DNA of 62,857 bases, filler included, from Klebsormidium nitens (taxonomy: Eukaryota; Plantae; Klebsormidiophyceae): NCBI GenBank assembly GCA_000708835.1. It is 11 parts of 11 records of this genome, joined end to end, with 100 filler letters (N's around TTAATTAATTAA, not from the genome) between each part and the next. Parts side by side here need not be neighbours in the genome. Positions count along the whole stretch, not along the records: positions 33,084 to 51,695 come from DF237558.1; 10 more parts are not named here. The stretch is one strand, 5' to 3'. The notes under the pieces were generated by a model. It was not told where the DNA came from. It made no database searches and worked only from the letters and a program-made list of their open reading frames with translations. Both the position numbers and the translations under genes were made by a program. This document shows, in pieces, positions 34,140-46,003 of the stretch. The first letter of the stretch is position 1; the number at the start of each line of letters is the position of its first letter.

Positions 34140-36116
34140 TGTTGGACCGCAGGGGTCCTGCCAGTGTGAGCGTGGCATCGCTGGGCCCGTTGGAGATCCT
34201 GCGCGCCGACTACGTTGCCTGGCAGGCGTGGTACGAGGAGCAGCACGACTTCCCGTCGCGCCTCCTCAGAGTACTCAGCGATGGGGGTGGCGCTGCTGCA
34301 GGTGGGGGGCCAGCCAGGCCACTGCAGGACACTCCTCTTGCAGCAGCCACAGTGGCGCACGCTAGACGGTGCCAGGAACCCATGGGGCATACATGTGGCT
34401 GCCCGTGGCTCGCGTTCCACAGTTTCTGAGCAGTTTGAGTGACACCCCGACAGTAGGCTTCTCACTGTTGTTTGTCCTCCCTGCTCCCCTCCTGGCTGCT
34501 GACTCCTCTCCGCATTGCCTGTCCCCCGCCAGGCCTCGTGGTGTCCTGGGGGCAGCCCGAGCGCGCAGCGCGGGAGCTGCAGCGGCTCCAGCAGGCGGGC
34601 GCCACCCTGGCGGCCCTGCTCTTCTTTGGCAGCAGCGAACAAAAGTGAGGGGCCGCGGAAATGATCTGGTGAAAGAGGTGGAACTTGTGAAAGAGGTTGT
34701 GTTACCCGGTGCGTAAGTGGGTCTGCCACGTTCAACTTGTGAGCAGCTTATACTTGTAATATCTTGAATACACATCATCTTGGAGCCCCCTCTCTTCCTC
34801 GTCCCTCCCCAGTGTGACCCTGTGTGGCATGGTGCGCCGCAGGATGGAGCGCGAGATCCAGTTTTACCGCGATGGCACTGTGCTGTTGGTGTACCAGCTG
34901 CGGCAGGACCTGCCCCTGCTGCCGGGCGCCCTCGTTTTATTTATCACAGGCGCAGCACCGCACCCCGTGTGAGTGCACAACTGCAAGCGCAGCACTGCGC
35001 CATGGCTGCATTAGGAGCATTTCTGGCCGGAACAGACTGCAGAGTGACCCACATGTGGGCTTGGTCAGGTCCCACATGAGACTCACGAGGAGAGACGGTC
35101 GAGTGTCCTTGTCCTTCTTCCCAAGTCCCCCTCTAATCTCCAGGCACATGGGCCCCTCCAGGCAGCCATGCTGTGGCACCCCCCGTCGGCCTGTTATTGC
35201 CTGCCGGCTGCTCTTTCCCCGCAGTCTGCTAGCCCCCATCTGTCGCTGCAAAGCACCTCGCTCCCGCACAGCCTCCTTGGGCCGCCTCTGACTCCCCCTC
35301 CCCATCGCTGGCGGTGTGCAGCGATGCGCGGCGGCTGGCGCGGCTGCGGCGCAACCTAGTGTCCCTGCTGCCCTTTCTGTTCATCGTGGTCAACACGTTC
35401 CCCGCCACGCCTGTCGTGCTCACCACCCTGCTCCGCTTCGTCCCGCGCCACCTCATCATCCCGGCCGCCTACGACGAGGAGAGACTCCAGGCCTACCAGC
35501 GGCTGCGCGCCATCCGGGTACGGTGAGCTGCTGCGGGGCTGGGCCACGCGGGGCACCTCGTGGCCCAGGCCTGGGGGGCAACGATCATGCCGCCTGTCAT
35601 TTTGAGCTGCTATCTTGCGCCGTCTCCTGCATCGTGCTTTGTGACTTCGCCTTGGCAGTCGAGTACATGCTCTGATCAACAGAAGACAACACAACATGAA
35701 AGCGAGGAATTCTGCGGTGAACCGTGCTTAGCTGGTCTTTCCCATCAATAATCCCTCACTCGTGTTGCTTGTCCAGGCAAGCCAGCAGGAGCGCCCCCCC
35801 TCTGCCAATCGCGAATGACGGGGCTGCTTTTCGACCGCTGGCGCCCTATGTGGCCAGCGCGCCCTCTGCCCCCTATGCGGGTGCCCCGGCGCGGGTGGGC
35901 CCCTTTTGGTGGGAGGTGGCGCCCAGTACCGCGCTGGCCCCGGCGCAGCAGGCCGTGCTGGTGGGGGCGCGCCTGCTGGTGTGGCAGTGGGGCGTGGGCC
36001 TCGGGTGGGGCTGGGGCTACGGCGTCGGGTGGAGCTTCAACCCTGACACCGCTGACTGGGAGGTCTCCCTCGGGTGGGGGCTCGGGTGGGGCTGGGGCTG
36101 GGGCTGGTGGCTCTGA
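34140..36116 (+). CDS. Multi-exon LETM1-like membrane protein (exons near 34150-34265, 34843-34935, 35315-35518, 35777-36116; 5' end uncertain)
   Basis: GC3-rich exons MEREIQFYRDGTVLLVYQLRQDLPLL and DARRLARLRRNLVSLLPFLFIVVNTFP...LLRFVPRHLIIP resemble the LETM1 HYxxGxKLL and RRERRQL..LVPF..F..P pattern. Terminal exon is WG-rich. Confidence 0.5.
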
Positions 36117-37660
36117 GCCACCAGACCGCTGCCTCCGGCGGCGGGGTGGCCAGCGGGCATCATTGCCGGCGGGCCTAGCAGCGAAAGCGGTGCGGCACTC
36201 GTCCCAGACCTGGCAGCGGCCGCCTCTGGGGGAGCGCCTCGCATTATTTGCGTCCCCTTTTCGGCTAGAACATGGCACGTCGCAGCAACAGGATAGGAGC
36301 AAGTACGGAAGAGACCTTTAGCGCGTGCGAGCTGCAGCTTTTGTGTTTCAGCAATTTAACTTATGTTTGAAACTTGGCATGCTAGTCAAGATTGTTCATG
36401 CTGCTTCAAGGTTGATCACCTATAACCTAGACGAGGTCAAATATATTGCGCCCAACAGGGACAAACATGCAATTCTTTGCCACCAGACAGCTTGCATTGC
36501 TTAATTGGCCGACCGTTGAGGTCAAACCCTCGATTGGGTTGTTGATTAACGGGTGGCTCGAGAGTCTCACTGACACAAGCCAAAACTCTATATGTAACCA
36601 CAAGTACTTGTCCTGGCGCCCCTGCCTTTGAATCCTGGCAGCTGAAGTTCAGAAGTCATGAGTACTTCGTCACGAAAGATTGAAGACCTAGCTTTCGTTG
36701 TAAAGAAGCTCGCACTGATCATTACGTGCCAGGATCGACTTAATTATGTTGTAAATTTCTGATCGACCCGCATGGTCCGATACTGTCAACAGCCATCTGC
36801 CGGCACCTACGTATGGCAACCTATTGTCGACTCTTGAGTGGACCTGGCCAACTCATGCTGAAGCCCCGCGCTGCGCAGAGGCTGTGTACCGCAGCTGATT
36901 GGCAGGCGGGGCAACACGCTGAAGCGCAACCTCCGGGGGTGCGGATCTTTGCAATTATCCGGCCTCAAGTTACTAGCTATCGCACGGTGTACGGTAGGTC
37001 ACATGCATGGTGGTATACAGCCGCATATGCGGTATTTCCCTGGAATATCGTCTATGTCATTATGTACTCATCTATATCCAATGGCAGTCATTATTCATTG
37101 AACACAGATTTTTGTATCCACGATTTAATCGTCGAGTTTTGACTATTCCAATACCATCGAGTTCCGACCACTGTTTTGAGAGAAGGGAACACCACCATCG
37201 CAATATTCACGTTGCAAAAAGCTCTTCATTCACGTTGGTACAATGATCGATGACAAATTCGTTCGTTCACGAGCCCCGGGGGGCAGCAACCAGTTGCAGT
37301 AATGTGCAAGATCGTGGTACAGCCCGTTCTGTCAAGCAGCCTAACCGACAAAACCGGGAAGGACTTTCCTCGAACACCTGGTTTACCTGGTTAAGTAACC
37401 TAAAGCTAGACTGTCAGAAGCTTCAATGCTACTACTCCGGCTTGCATGCCCACATTACCCCTTTCGCTCAAGCAAAACTCGAAAATTAGTAACTGTGCCG
37501 ATGAAGAATACACAACACGCACTGCTCTACAACCTGTAACCCAGAGACGGGCCCACATACTTTGACACCAACTCGCAGTGAGCTCAACTCTTTGGTCAAC
37601 CTTCACCAGGCCCAGAGCAGCTTCCTTGCTGTCTTGTGCCAATGCTATTCCGTGCACCTT

Positions 37661-39798
37661 TTACTTGAGACTCCCCATCTTGCACTGCCCTGATGCCTCG
37701 TCACAGAAGCCATCCCGGGTCAGGAACTTGTTTGATGGTCCACTGAGCTCGGGAGCGGACGGTGTCCCGTACGCGGGCTTGCGCTTGTTGGCGCAGCCCA
37801 GGCTCTTGCGCGTCTCCATCCCGGTCACTGGATTGGTCCCGCTCGCGTATTTACACAATTCCTGCACCACCCCCGCACATTCCTCAGGCGGGCCCACCAA
37901 CATGTTGAACAGAGCTCAAACAGGGGTGCTCCATTGCTCTTGCAGCGACCTCCTCATTGCTGCTTGCGACATCTGTGCAAAGTAGACAACACGGAGAAGC
38001 TCACAAGTTGTGCTAAATGGAGGAGCGTTGGACCCTGGTGTCCTGCAGCGCTCACCTGTTTCTGCTGCAGGTCGAGCACCGAGTCGCTGAAGTCGGCCCC
38101 CTCAATCTTGGCCTTCCCAAAATCGGAACGGGTTAGTACTGCCCGTACTAGCAGCGCGTCTTTCAGATTGGCCTCATTCAAAACCTGCACGAATCGGCGC
38201 CTGTAATTATGCGGCACCGTACGGGTGGGGCTTGCCGAATGGAGAGAGTTACCCAACACCAGGTCACGCCTGGAAGGAACAGTATACAACCGTTTTTGGT
38301 AAACTCACCTCCGACATGTAACACATTGTGCGGAGTATGAGGAATTCTGATAAGTACTAAACCAGCGGAGTAAATCAGAAACGGCCTTGCTTGTTGATCG
38401 GCTGGAGGAGCCCCAGGAGCATCCACAGGATGGCTCACAGGAAAGGGGGGCGCGCTTACCATTCTGTCCATCAAGGTGTCAGTGAGGTCCGCTCCTGCAG
38501 ACAGGCGCACCACGCACGGGGGATCAGCAGAGAGAGAGGGGCCAGCCCCGCTGTGGCAAGGGACTCCCAAACGGGATGTTGGACCACAACCTGCTGGGGG
38601 CCTTCGTAGGCATTCAGAACAATGAAAAAGGGTCGGTCAATGGGCTGAGCTGCGAACGAGGCGGATCTGGGATGCACCTTCGAAGTTTGTGCCGGCAGCC
38701 ACCGCTTTCTCGAGGTAGGCACCCACAAAGTTGGACCCACTGAAGTCCGCATACCGCATGTCGGCTGACGTGAAGTTGCCCCTCCTGCAGTAAGGGGGCA
38801 AGGGGGCATTGGGTGGCATACCCGCAGGGGTGCCCAGCAGCACAGGCGGCAGCTCCGCAAGGGGGCGGCAGCAGCGGGAGTTTACAAGGAGGACATGCAG
38901 ATAGCGAGCCATGCCTTTGGGGAGGCTGGAGCGGCTCATTCTGGCCAGTCTTCACACCGAGCACGTACCTGAAGTTTTCGTTGGCATGCTTGGTGTACCT
39001 GCAACAAGACAACACTCTCTAAGGATCACAGTGGACCACAGACTTTCTTGGACACCAGCAATTCTTGAGCAGCACCGCAGCTGCGACTGAGCAGCCTCAG
39101 CAGCTAGTGAGGGGGCCATCCCAGTGGGCGTGCACGATCACCTTCCAGGACATGGCATCAGGCACCAATGGCATGCCCCGCATAAGGAGCCAGCACCATA
39201 AACTTCTGATGGGCAGAGCTGTGGCTTGAACGGCTCACTTGAGATCGGCGGAGCCATACTGCACTGCGCTCCCAATGCCAAACTCGCCCCGGGTGTCCGC
39301 CTCAAACTTGTTGAGGTCGGCCAGTGCCTGCCAGCGCACCCACACACACATCAGCGTAGGAATCACACGATCGCCTGCCTAGGGCCACGCGGCCTACTTG
39401 ATGCAAAGTCATGGCGTAAACCCACGGGGCGTGCTGATTCGCACAGAATCTCACGGCTCTATGGGGCCTCTCACAGGACTTGCATCACATCAAACCGACT
39501 CCCAAGCTTTCACCACTTATGCAAGAGGCGGCGGATGTCTGCACGGTCCCTCGCCTGGGTGTCTCACCGGGGAGCCTGCCAGGAGCACTGCCGCTGCCAG
39601 CGTGGCTGCAAGCCCCCTCTGTACGCCCTGCGGCCGACCCTGAGCAGTCCGGGCATGCCCCTCCTGTGGGGGGGCCGCCGCTCTGACCGCCCGGCATGGA
39701 CAAGGCCGGCTTGGCCAAGGCCCGCCGTGTCGTTCTGGCAGGGCAAGGCCGGAGAAAGAGCTCGACACAAGACGCGCGTGGGCAGCTGCAGAAGCCAT
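37661..39798 (-). CDS. TL20.3: Thylakoid lumenal pentapeptide-repeat protein TL20.3, 7 exons
   Basis: Exons 39798-39568 (transit peptide), 39327-39239 (ALADLNKFEADTRGEFGIGSAVQYGSADL), 38998-38969, 38784-38678, 38494-38460, 38184-38056, 37861-37661 (LCKYASGTNPVTGMETRKSLGC...RDGFCD), all GT-AG; matches the plant TL20.3 sequence as I recall it. Confidence 0.92.
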
Positions 39799-40374
39799 TG
39801 GAGAGGCAGCTAGTGGGTGGACGGTCTGTGGGTCCCAAGAATGTGGCCTCCTTCAAGTTGAACTTTGAAATTGAACGTCTTCAGAATCATAGCAGGGCAT
39901 GTCGTCCTCCTCGGATGCGAGCAAAATCCGTAACAGCAACCTAAATCCTGTGTCAAGTGGAATGTGGGATTTGGAAGTCTTTTGTTAGACTTTAATAGGT
40001 ATTTAATATGACTACTGTACTACCTATTAAATAGGTAGTCGTCTGACAGTGACGGCCCGCGGTGAAGCAATCCGCGCTTCCAACGCCATTGACACACACA
40101 GCTGCCGGGTTCCGTTTCACATTACAGTAACTACACGGAAGCAAGAAGGAGGACTTCTAGCTACCAGAACTGAGCACCCTCTATTTGGCCCTGGGTGCCA
40201 CATGAGCCATTTCTCACTACGTAATAGCTCCGTGCTGGCACTTTACAATGCTGTGCCGCTGCGTTGTGCTCTTCCACCTCAGCATCACTGGCTGTGCCTT
40301 ACGATAAAGTTGCAATTGGCCCTTTGAAGCGCAGCGGTGGTAGCTCTTGCTGCTGCTGTGCAACTTGCCACAGT

Positions 40375-43300
40375 ATGGACGGCAATGCGGGGTGCGCGTG
40401 TCATCTGCCAATGGAGCGCCAGGTGGACAACGTGCACTGGCTCACAACTGGGCCCTCTGCAGACGGGCGGGCGCTCGCGCTGGTCAGTGGGGACAAGCAG
40501 TCGCAGGTACGCGCGATTGACAACTGTCCGCCACGTATGATCGAAGCCTTCAAGGCTCGATACGACTGCCTGTTACACCACTGTTATCCATCATCTGTGG
40601 ACCTCATTCAGCAGCGCGGTCCAATTGCTGGCAAGGGGACTCTCAACTTCAATCCCCTTGTGTTTGAGTTCCAGTGCATGGTGTTCTCAAACATTGCAAC
40701 ACCAATTGCCTTGACTGGGACAAGCCTGAATCACTTCGAAGTCTTGGTTTTCCCTCCAATTCTTTGAGGAGTCAGGACAGATCAGACTGCTCAAGGCACA
40801 CCTGGTGCTGGTGCTTTCTCTTCCAGCTTGTGCGTGCTTCTGAATCGTGCTGTGACGCGGCAGGTTGAGGTGCTGGCCCTGCGCTGGCCGGATTCGACGC
40901 CGCCTGATGCCCACAGCGTGGGCCCCACTCCGGTGCTGGCTGAGCTGGACCGCTGGCCACTCGACAGCCGCGCAACTGACTTGCAGGTGCGTTGATCTGC
41001 AACTTGCCCGCCTCAGCTGCCAGTGCAACCCTTATTGCACTTTGAGCAGGTGCGATGTACACTCTGGGAAAAGGCAGAGATATGGGAAGCTGTGGCTGCG
41101 TCCGTGCGACTCACATTGCGTGCCATTGCTGAAACAGGTCATGGCTTCGGGTGGCGGTGAGGCGGTCATTGTGGCGGGCACGTCCAGCGGTGCCCTCTCC
41201 ATGGGGCTGTTCGATGGTGCGTAGTGCGCGCTGCCAGGTGGTCCCTCTGCCGCCCTGCCATACCCCCCATCCCTGGAGCCAGTCTGGGCAGCCCTGGAAT
41301 CAACATGGTCGGAGGCCTCCTACCTGATGCCTGATGCTGCATGAATTGGGCACTTGACTGGGCAATTTCTGGGATGCATCTTGACCTACCAATTGTATTG
41401 CTTGGCCTCTCCTTTCGTCTCAAAAGTTGAAATCTTCACCTTTTATCAGGAGTTGGAGAAGCTGATGAACGTGAGACACAATCCTGCTTACGGGGGCAAT
41501 TCTAAGAAGCTGTCTTAGATTTGTGTACCTGGTGCGCAGGGCAGCATGGGCGGCCGGAGGCTCCCCTCCCGCAGGTGCACGCCAGTGCCGTGGTGGCTCT
41601 GGACATCCAGCCAGAGACACGCCAGGTGGGCTCACGGGGAATGGCAAACACAGCCTGCTGTTGTGTGAGCTAGCCTGCCTTGGACCTGCTGCTTTTGATT
41701 GCCGGCAAGTTTTGAACCACAGTTGCAATGTTCCACATTTACCGCGTTGTCTCGCACATGTTCAGGTCCTTTCCGTGGACGAGGCTGGCCGCTTCTGCCT
41801 CACCCCCTTGGGCCCTGCACAAGGCCAGACCCGCGTGCTCTTTGGTGAGCAGCGCAAACACAAACGATGTGGCCCGCTGCTGGAGGGCAACAGAGCCCTC
41901 CGGTGAGCAGCCGCCAATTGGTCAAATTTCCAGTCGCAAAGTCGCTTGGCATTGCCTTTATCCCAGAAGTAATTGCAGAATCTCAATGTGCAGATCGGAC
42001 GCACAACTCATTGGTTGCCCAGAGCAAGCCGTGCTATGAAGTCCTGCGTTGAGCCTGTCTGTCCCCCCCCCCTGTTTAAAAAGACTTCGTTGTTGGCTTC
42101 TGTAGATTTCAAAGGAGCTCTCAGCATTGGCGCACTGCGATGGACCTCGGCGACGGTAAGGTCACAACTCTCAAGCCGAATATGTCGGGATTTTTTGGCT
42201 GTCTCACAGAATTGAATTCATAGGCCCACTGATGACGCATTGAAAGTCACCCAAGTTTGTCCTTTGTCAGAGTTGGCAAGGCTCCTCGTCTGCACCTGCT
42301 TCGAAAGACTGAGAAAGCAGCTTCTCGAAAGCAGCTTCTCATCTCTACCTATTAAAGTGGCCTCGCCCCCTTGCCCAGGGCCTTTTATAGCCCCGATATT
42401 ACATCCGCCGCCCTCCTTGTGCAGACGTTTCTGACCGGTGGCCAGGGGGACGCCCTGTTAATGTGGGACGTGCGCCAGGCGGGCCCGGCCTCGCGCTCGC
42501 CCGCCGCAGGGTAGGCGCACCGACGCAGCAGCACCGCAGAAGTACTCGGTGCCGTCATGTGATCTCGATTGATGCAGTGATTAGTACGTTCAGTGAACAA
42601 AATCTGTCGGATTACTTGAGAGGGACAGGGTGGGTGAGGCGTGGAGCATATAAACCTTTGGTGTAGACTTTCGTTTCAGTCGGTGGCTTATTGGTCAGTG
42701 GGCTTGTTATTCACTGAGTCGAGAAGAATCATCGTATGCCCAAGGCTGCATGCGAACAGCACATGTAAGCTTGAGGGCCGTTTTGATGCTCTCTCGGAGC
42801 TGGGGACCTCCTTGCTCCTTCATCTGCACCTGCTCCTGACATGGGGCCTGCGGTGCATGTTGCGCAGGGCCGCATCACTGGAGTCGACCACGTGCATGGA
42901 TGTGCACCCATCACGAAAGTACCTCTGTGTAGTGAGTCCGCTTCTCCTGCTTTCTTCAACTGCCAACCTGCCCCCTTCAGCTTCGTGCTTTCTCAATGAG
43001 CACGAACCGTCTTGTGCAACTTGCTACTCGCAACTTGCGGCTGGTCGTAGGGTCTGCAATGAGGGTTGGCCTCTCCCTCAGCCACGTGCCTTGCTCGGCG
43101 GTGCGTACCAGGTGGGTGGGGCTTCTGGCGCGGTGCTGATGTGGGACCTGCGGTGGCAGCGTCAGCCGCTCGTCCTGGCCGCGCCGCCCGCTCGCGCCCC
43201 CGCAGCTCGCGCCGGCTCCCCCAGCCTGGTGGTGGAGAGCGGGGTGCGGCAGGTGCGGTTCGACCGCGTGGCGCACTTGTCCACGGCCGCGCTGGGGGTT

Positions 43301-44462
43301 GCGGAGCAGGGCGCGCTGCCACCAGTCATGCTCAGCACCGAGGACGGCCAGCTGGCACTCGCCGGAGCAGGTGGGTAACGGGGGGGAAGACCATGGGCGG
43401 GGGATTGCTCGAGTCCCTTTTTGGAAACTGCTTGTGGCAGCTGGAACTTGACTGAGGCCTCCCGCTGTGAGTGTCCTGTCATTCTCAGCGGGGGCTCTTG
43501 CGGGTGTTTGCAGATAGTTTGGAGGTTTCGGCTTCGGCCGGCCGTTGACTTTATTCTGAGTCTGACCATCAAAACATTTCTTTAATGCAAACCTAGCGTC
43601 GACACGGACAGCCGATGTTTGCAAAAATGCCCTTTGGCACGGTGGCATCGTATTGGCGCCACCTTGAGGGCTTCATCTCATAAGCTCTCTAGGTCGTGTT
43701 TTGATGTCCGTTCACTCACACCGAATCCTACGCGAACGTCTCATTCAATGTCTCCCTTGAGACGCTTCCAAAGCCCTTTCTGTGCCCGTGGAGGGTCCGC
43801 TTGCCGCGGCCCAGGCTAGTGTCCTTTGTTCCGCGAGCTGCGGGTACCTCGCTGTCAACTGGTGGGTAGTGTTACCATTTCGGCGTTGTATGAGGCCTAT
43901 TTACCAACCGAAAGACTAATTGCTCATCAGTTTATTGAATCCGTTCCTGTAGCATCATGTGTGATAACGAAGTGTTCGTCGAAGGGCTGTTCCTTGCTTG
44001 TCCTTGTCGTGGGCAAAGCTTCCAACGTTTCTGAATGTTCGCTGAAAGTGGATTCGCTCTATATCTTGCTTGTTCGCATTTTCTGCACATGAGCGTGCCA
44101 GTTGACGTCTTCTTTAATCTTGTCACAGGGGAAGCATGCCGACTGATGCGGGACATCTTCTCGATAAGCTCTTTTGACGTCGATTCCGAATTTGGACAGG
44201 TGAGCCCCTTGCGTCTCAAATTCTCGCACCCTTTTCGAAGCCGATGACATATAGTTCACACGAAGGAGTCCTATTCAAAACGGTTTTTGGGGAGTCAACT
44301 GCCACCTTGATTGCTGCATCAGGCACGGACAAGACCACTTATAAACATAACATGCTTCCTTTGAAACACAGCTCTTCTTCTTTGTTCCCTTCCTTGAAGG
44401 ACGTCATATGCACATCCGAATCCGAGAAGCTTCTGTACCTTAGAAGACCACGGTACATGTAA
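40375..44462 (+). CDS. NUP43: WD40 nucleoporin NUP43, multi-exon
   Basis: First exon HLPMERQVDNVHWL; CMDVHPSRKYLC; VGGASGAVLMWDLRWQRQPLVL; PPVMLSTEDGQLAL; ISSFDVDSEFGQ; last exon DVICTSESEKLLYLRRP. Order and wording match plant Nup43. Confidence 0.85.
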
Positions 44463-46003
44463 GCAGCTCTACGAGCAGATAATGCACGCTTCTTGTAACT
44501 TGCCTAACACAGTCATTTGAGAAGAAGGTAGACTTCCGTAGGGTTAAAGATGTTTGAGGATCTGTATCCTTTTCATCATCAGCATAGCTACGACTCAACA
44601 TCAGATGTGAACGACTCATTGGTGGGTTCTCGCAAAAAAGTTAGCATCAGCTACCGCTAAAGTAGTTAGTTTTACGACCTCCTGTGTGGTTCAAAACAAT
44701 GGTGGGACTGGACTAATGCAACGGCCAATACGATCATGGCAAGTGATCTTGGGGCTAGCCTGAGTCAGAACAGAATGGAGATTTGTATTGGTCACTGCCC
44801 AATTCATATGACTTTGGAAGAGAATATCAGTGATATGAAGGCTTGTATCCAGGATACTTCTATAACAATCAATTGTATTCTGGCTCAGTATATCGTTGTC
44901 CTTGCATGAGTTTGCATAGGCCTTACACTGTACAGGCGGCCTATTCATGATTCTCCTATGAGCAGTATGAGTCCAAACTTCGTATTAAATCGTTTGGTTT
45001 GTGGTCACTGGCAAAAATAGAAACCCTTCTGGATTGGTAGCCCAGTGACTAGTCACAAGGTGCGTGTCAGCTATCCTACTGTTGTGCTTTGTCATACGTA
45101 CACATTATCTAATTCATGCATGGAATGGACGTGAACATGCCCAGTCCCAAACGGCTTCTGGCTGCCTTTGCCACTGACGCTCGCGTCGCTCTGGGGGAAT
45201 TGGCCCAACTTGAGATATCGGACGGTCTCGGATGGTCCACGGAAACAAATGTGTCAGAATTCAGGATCCCGTCGAAGTGGATAAGGACAAATGACCCATG
45301 TGCTGGCAGGGCCGGCCGCGACTCCGAGTCCGAGCATGCCATTGCAAGGCAGCGTTTGCAAGGAGAAGACTCCGCGAGAAGTGGACTGCACCTGTTCAGT
45401 TCCGGCCTTGCCTTGCTTTTAAAATTGGGCTTCAATAGGTGTGTTCGGAGGCTCTCCATACAATCGTACTTTGCTGCTCATCTTGTCACGTTCGGCAGTG
45501 AGCGCATCCCTGTTGCAAGGTGAGTCCGCTTGCATCTTTCCTGATCACTGTTGTATGCACCTTCCGTGTATCGCAGACAGTATGTGACTTTGCTCTCTGC
45601 AATAGGGTCAGTCGACAGAGCCCGCTTTTTGCCGGACGTGTCTGTGGTAAACTTTGGGCAAAGGATTCTCTGCTTTGGGAGTGCTGCCGCTGACAAGACA
45701 GTTCACTGCAAAGTGTCTGCCCCATGACTCTGGTCATGGCAGATCTAGACTTGTCTGGTTTGCAAAAGGCTTTGTTTTCTTGCCTTCAAAAGTTTCTGGC
45801 ACAAGCTGTGTTCCACATTACCTCCAAAATTCATGTTTCTGGAATGATAGATTGGATGTCAGGCCTCTTATCACTCCTCTCACCTCTGCAGGCTATGTGA
45901 CTCCCTGGTCTTCCAGCGTACCCCACGCTCTTGAGAAAGCATTGACCAGTGCCGGTGGCAGGCAGCGGCCTAGCCGGCGCGTTTGGTCCCGGTGGCTACC
46001 GCT

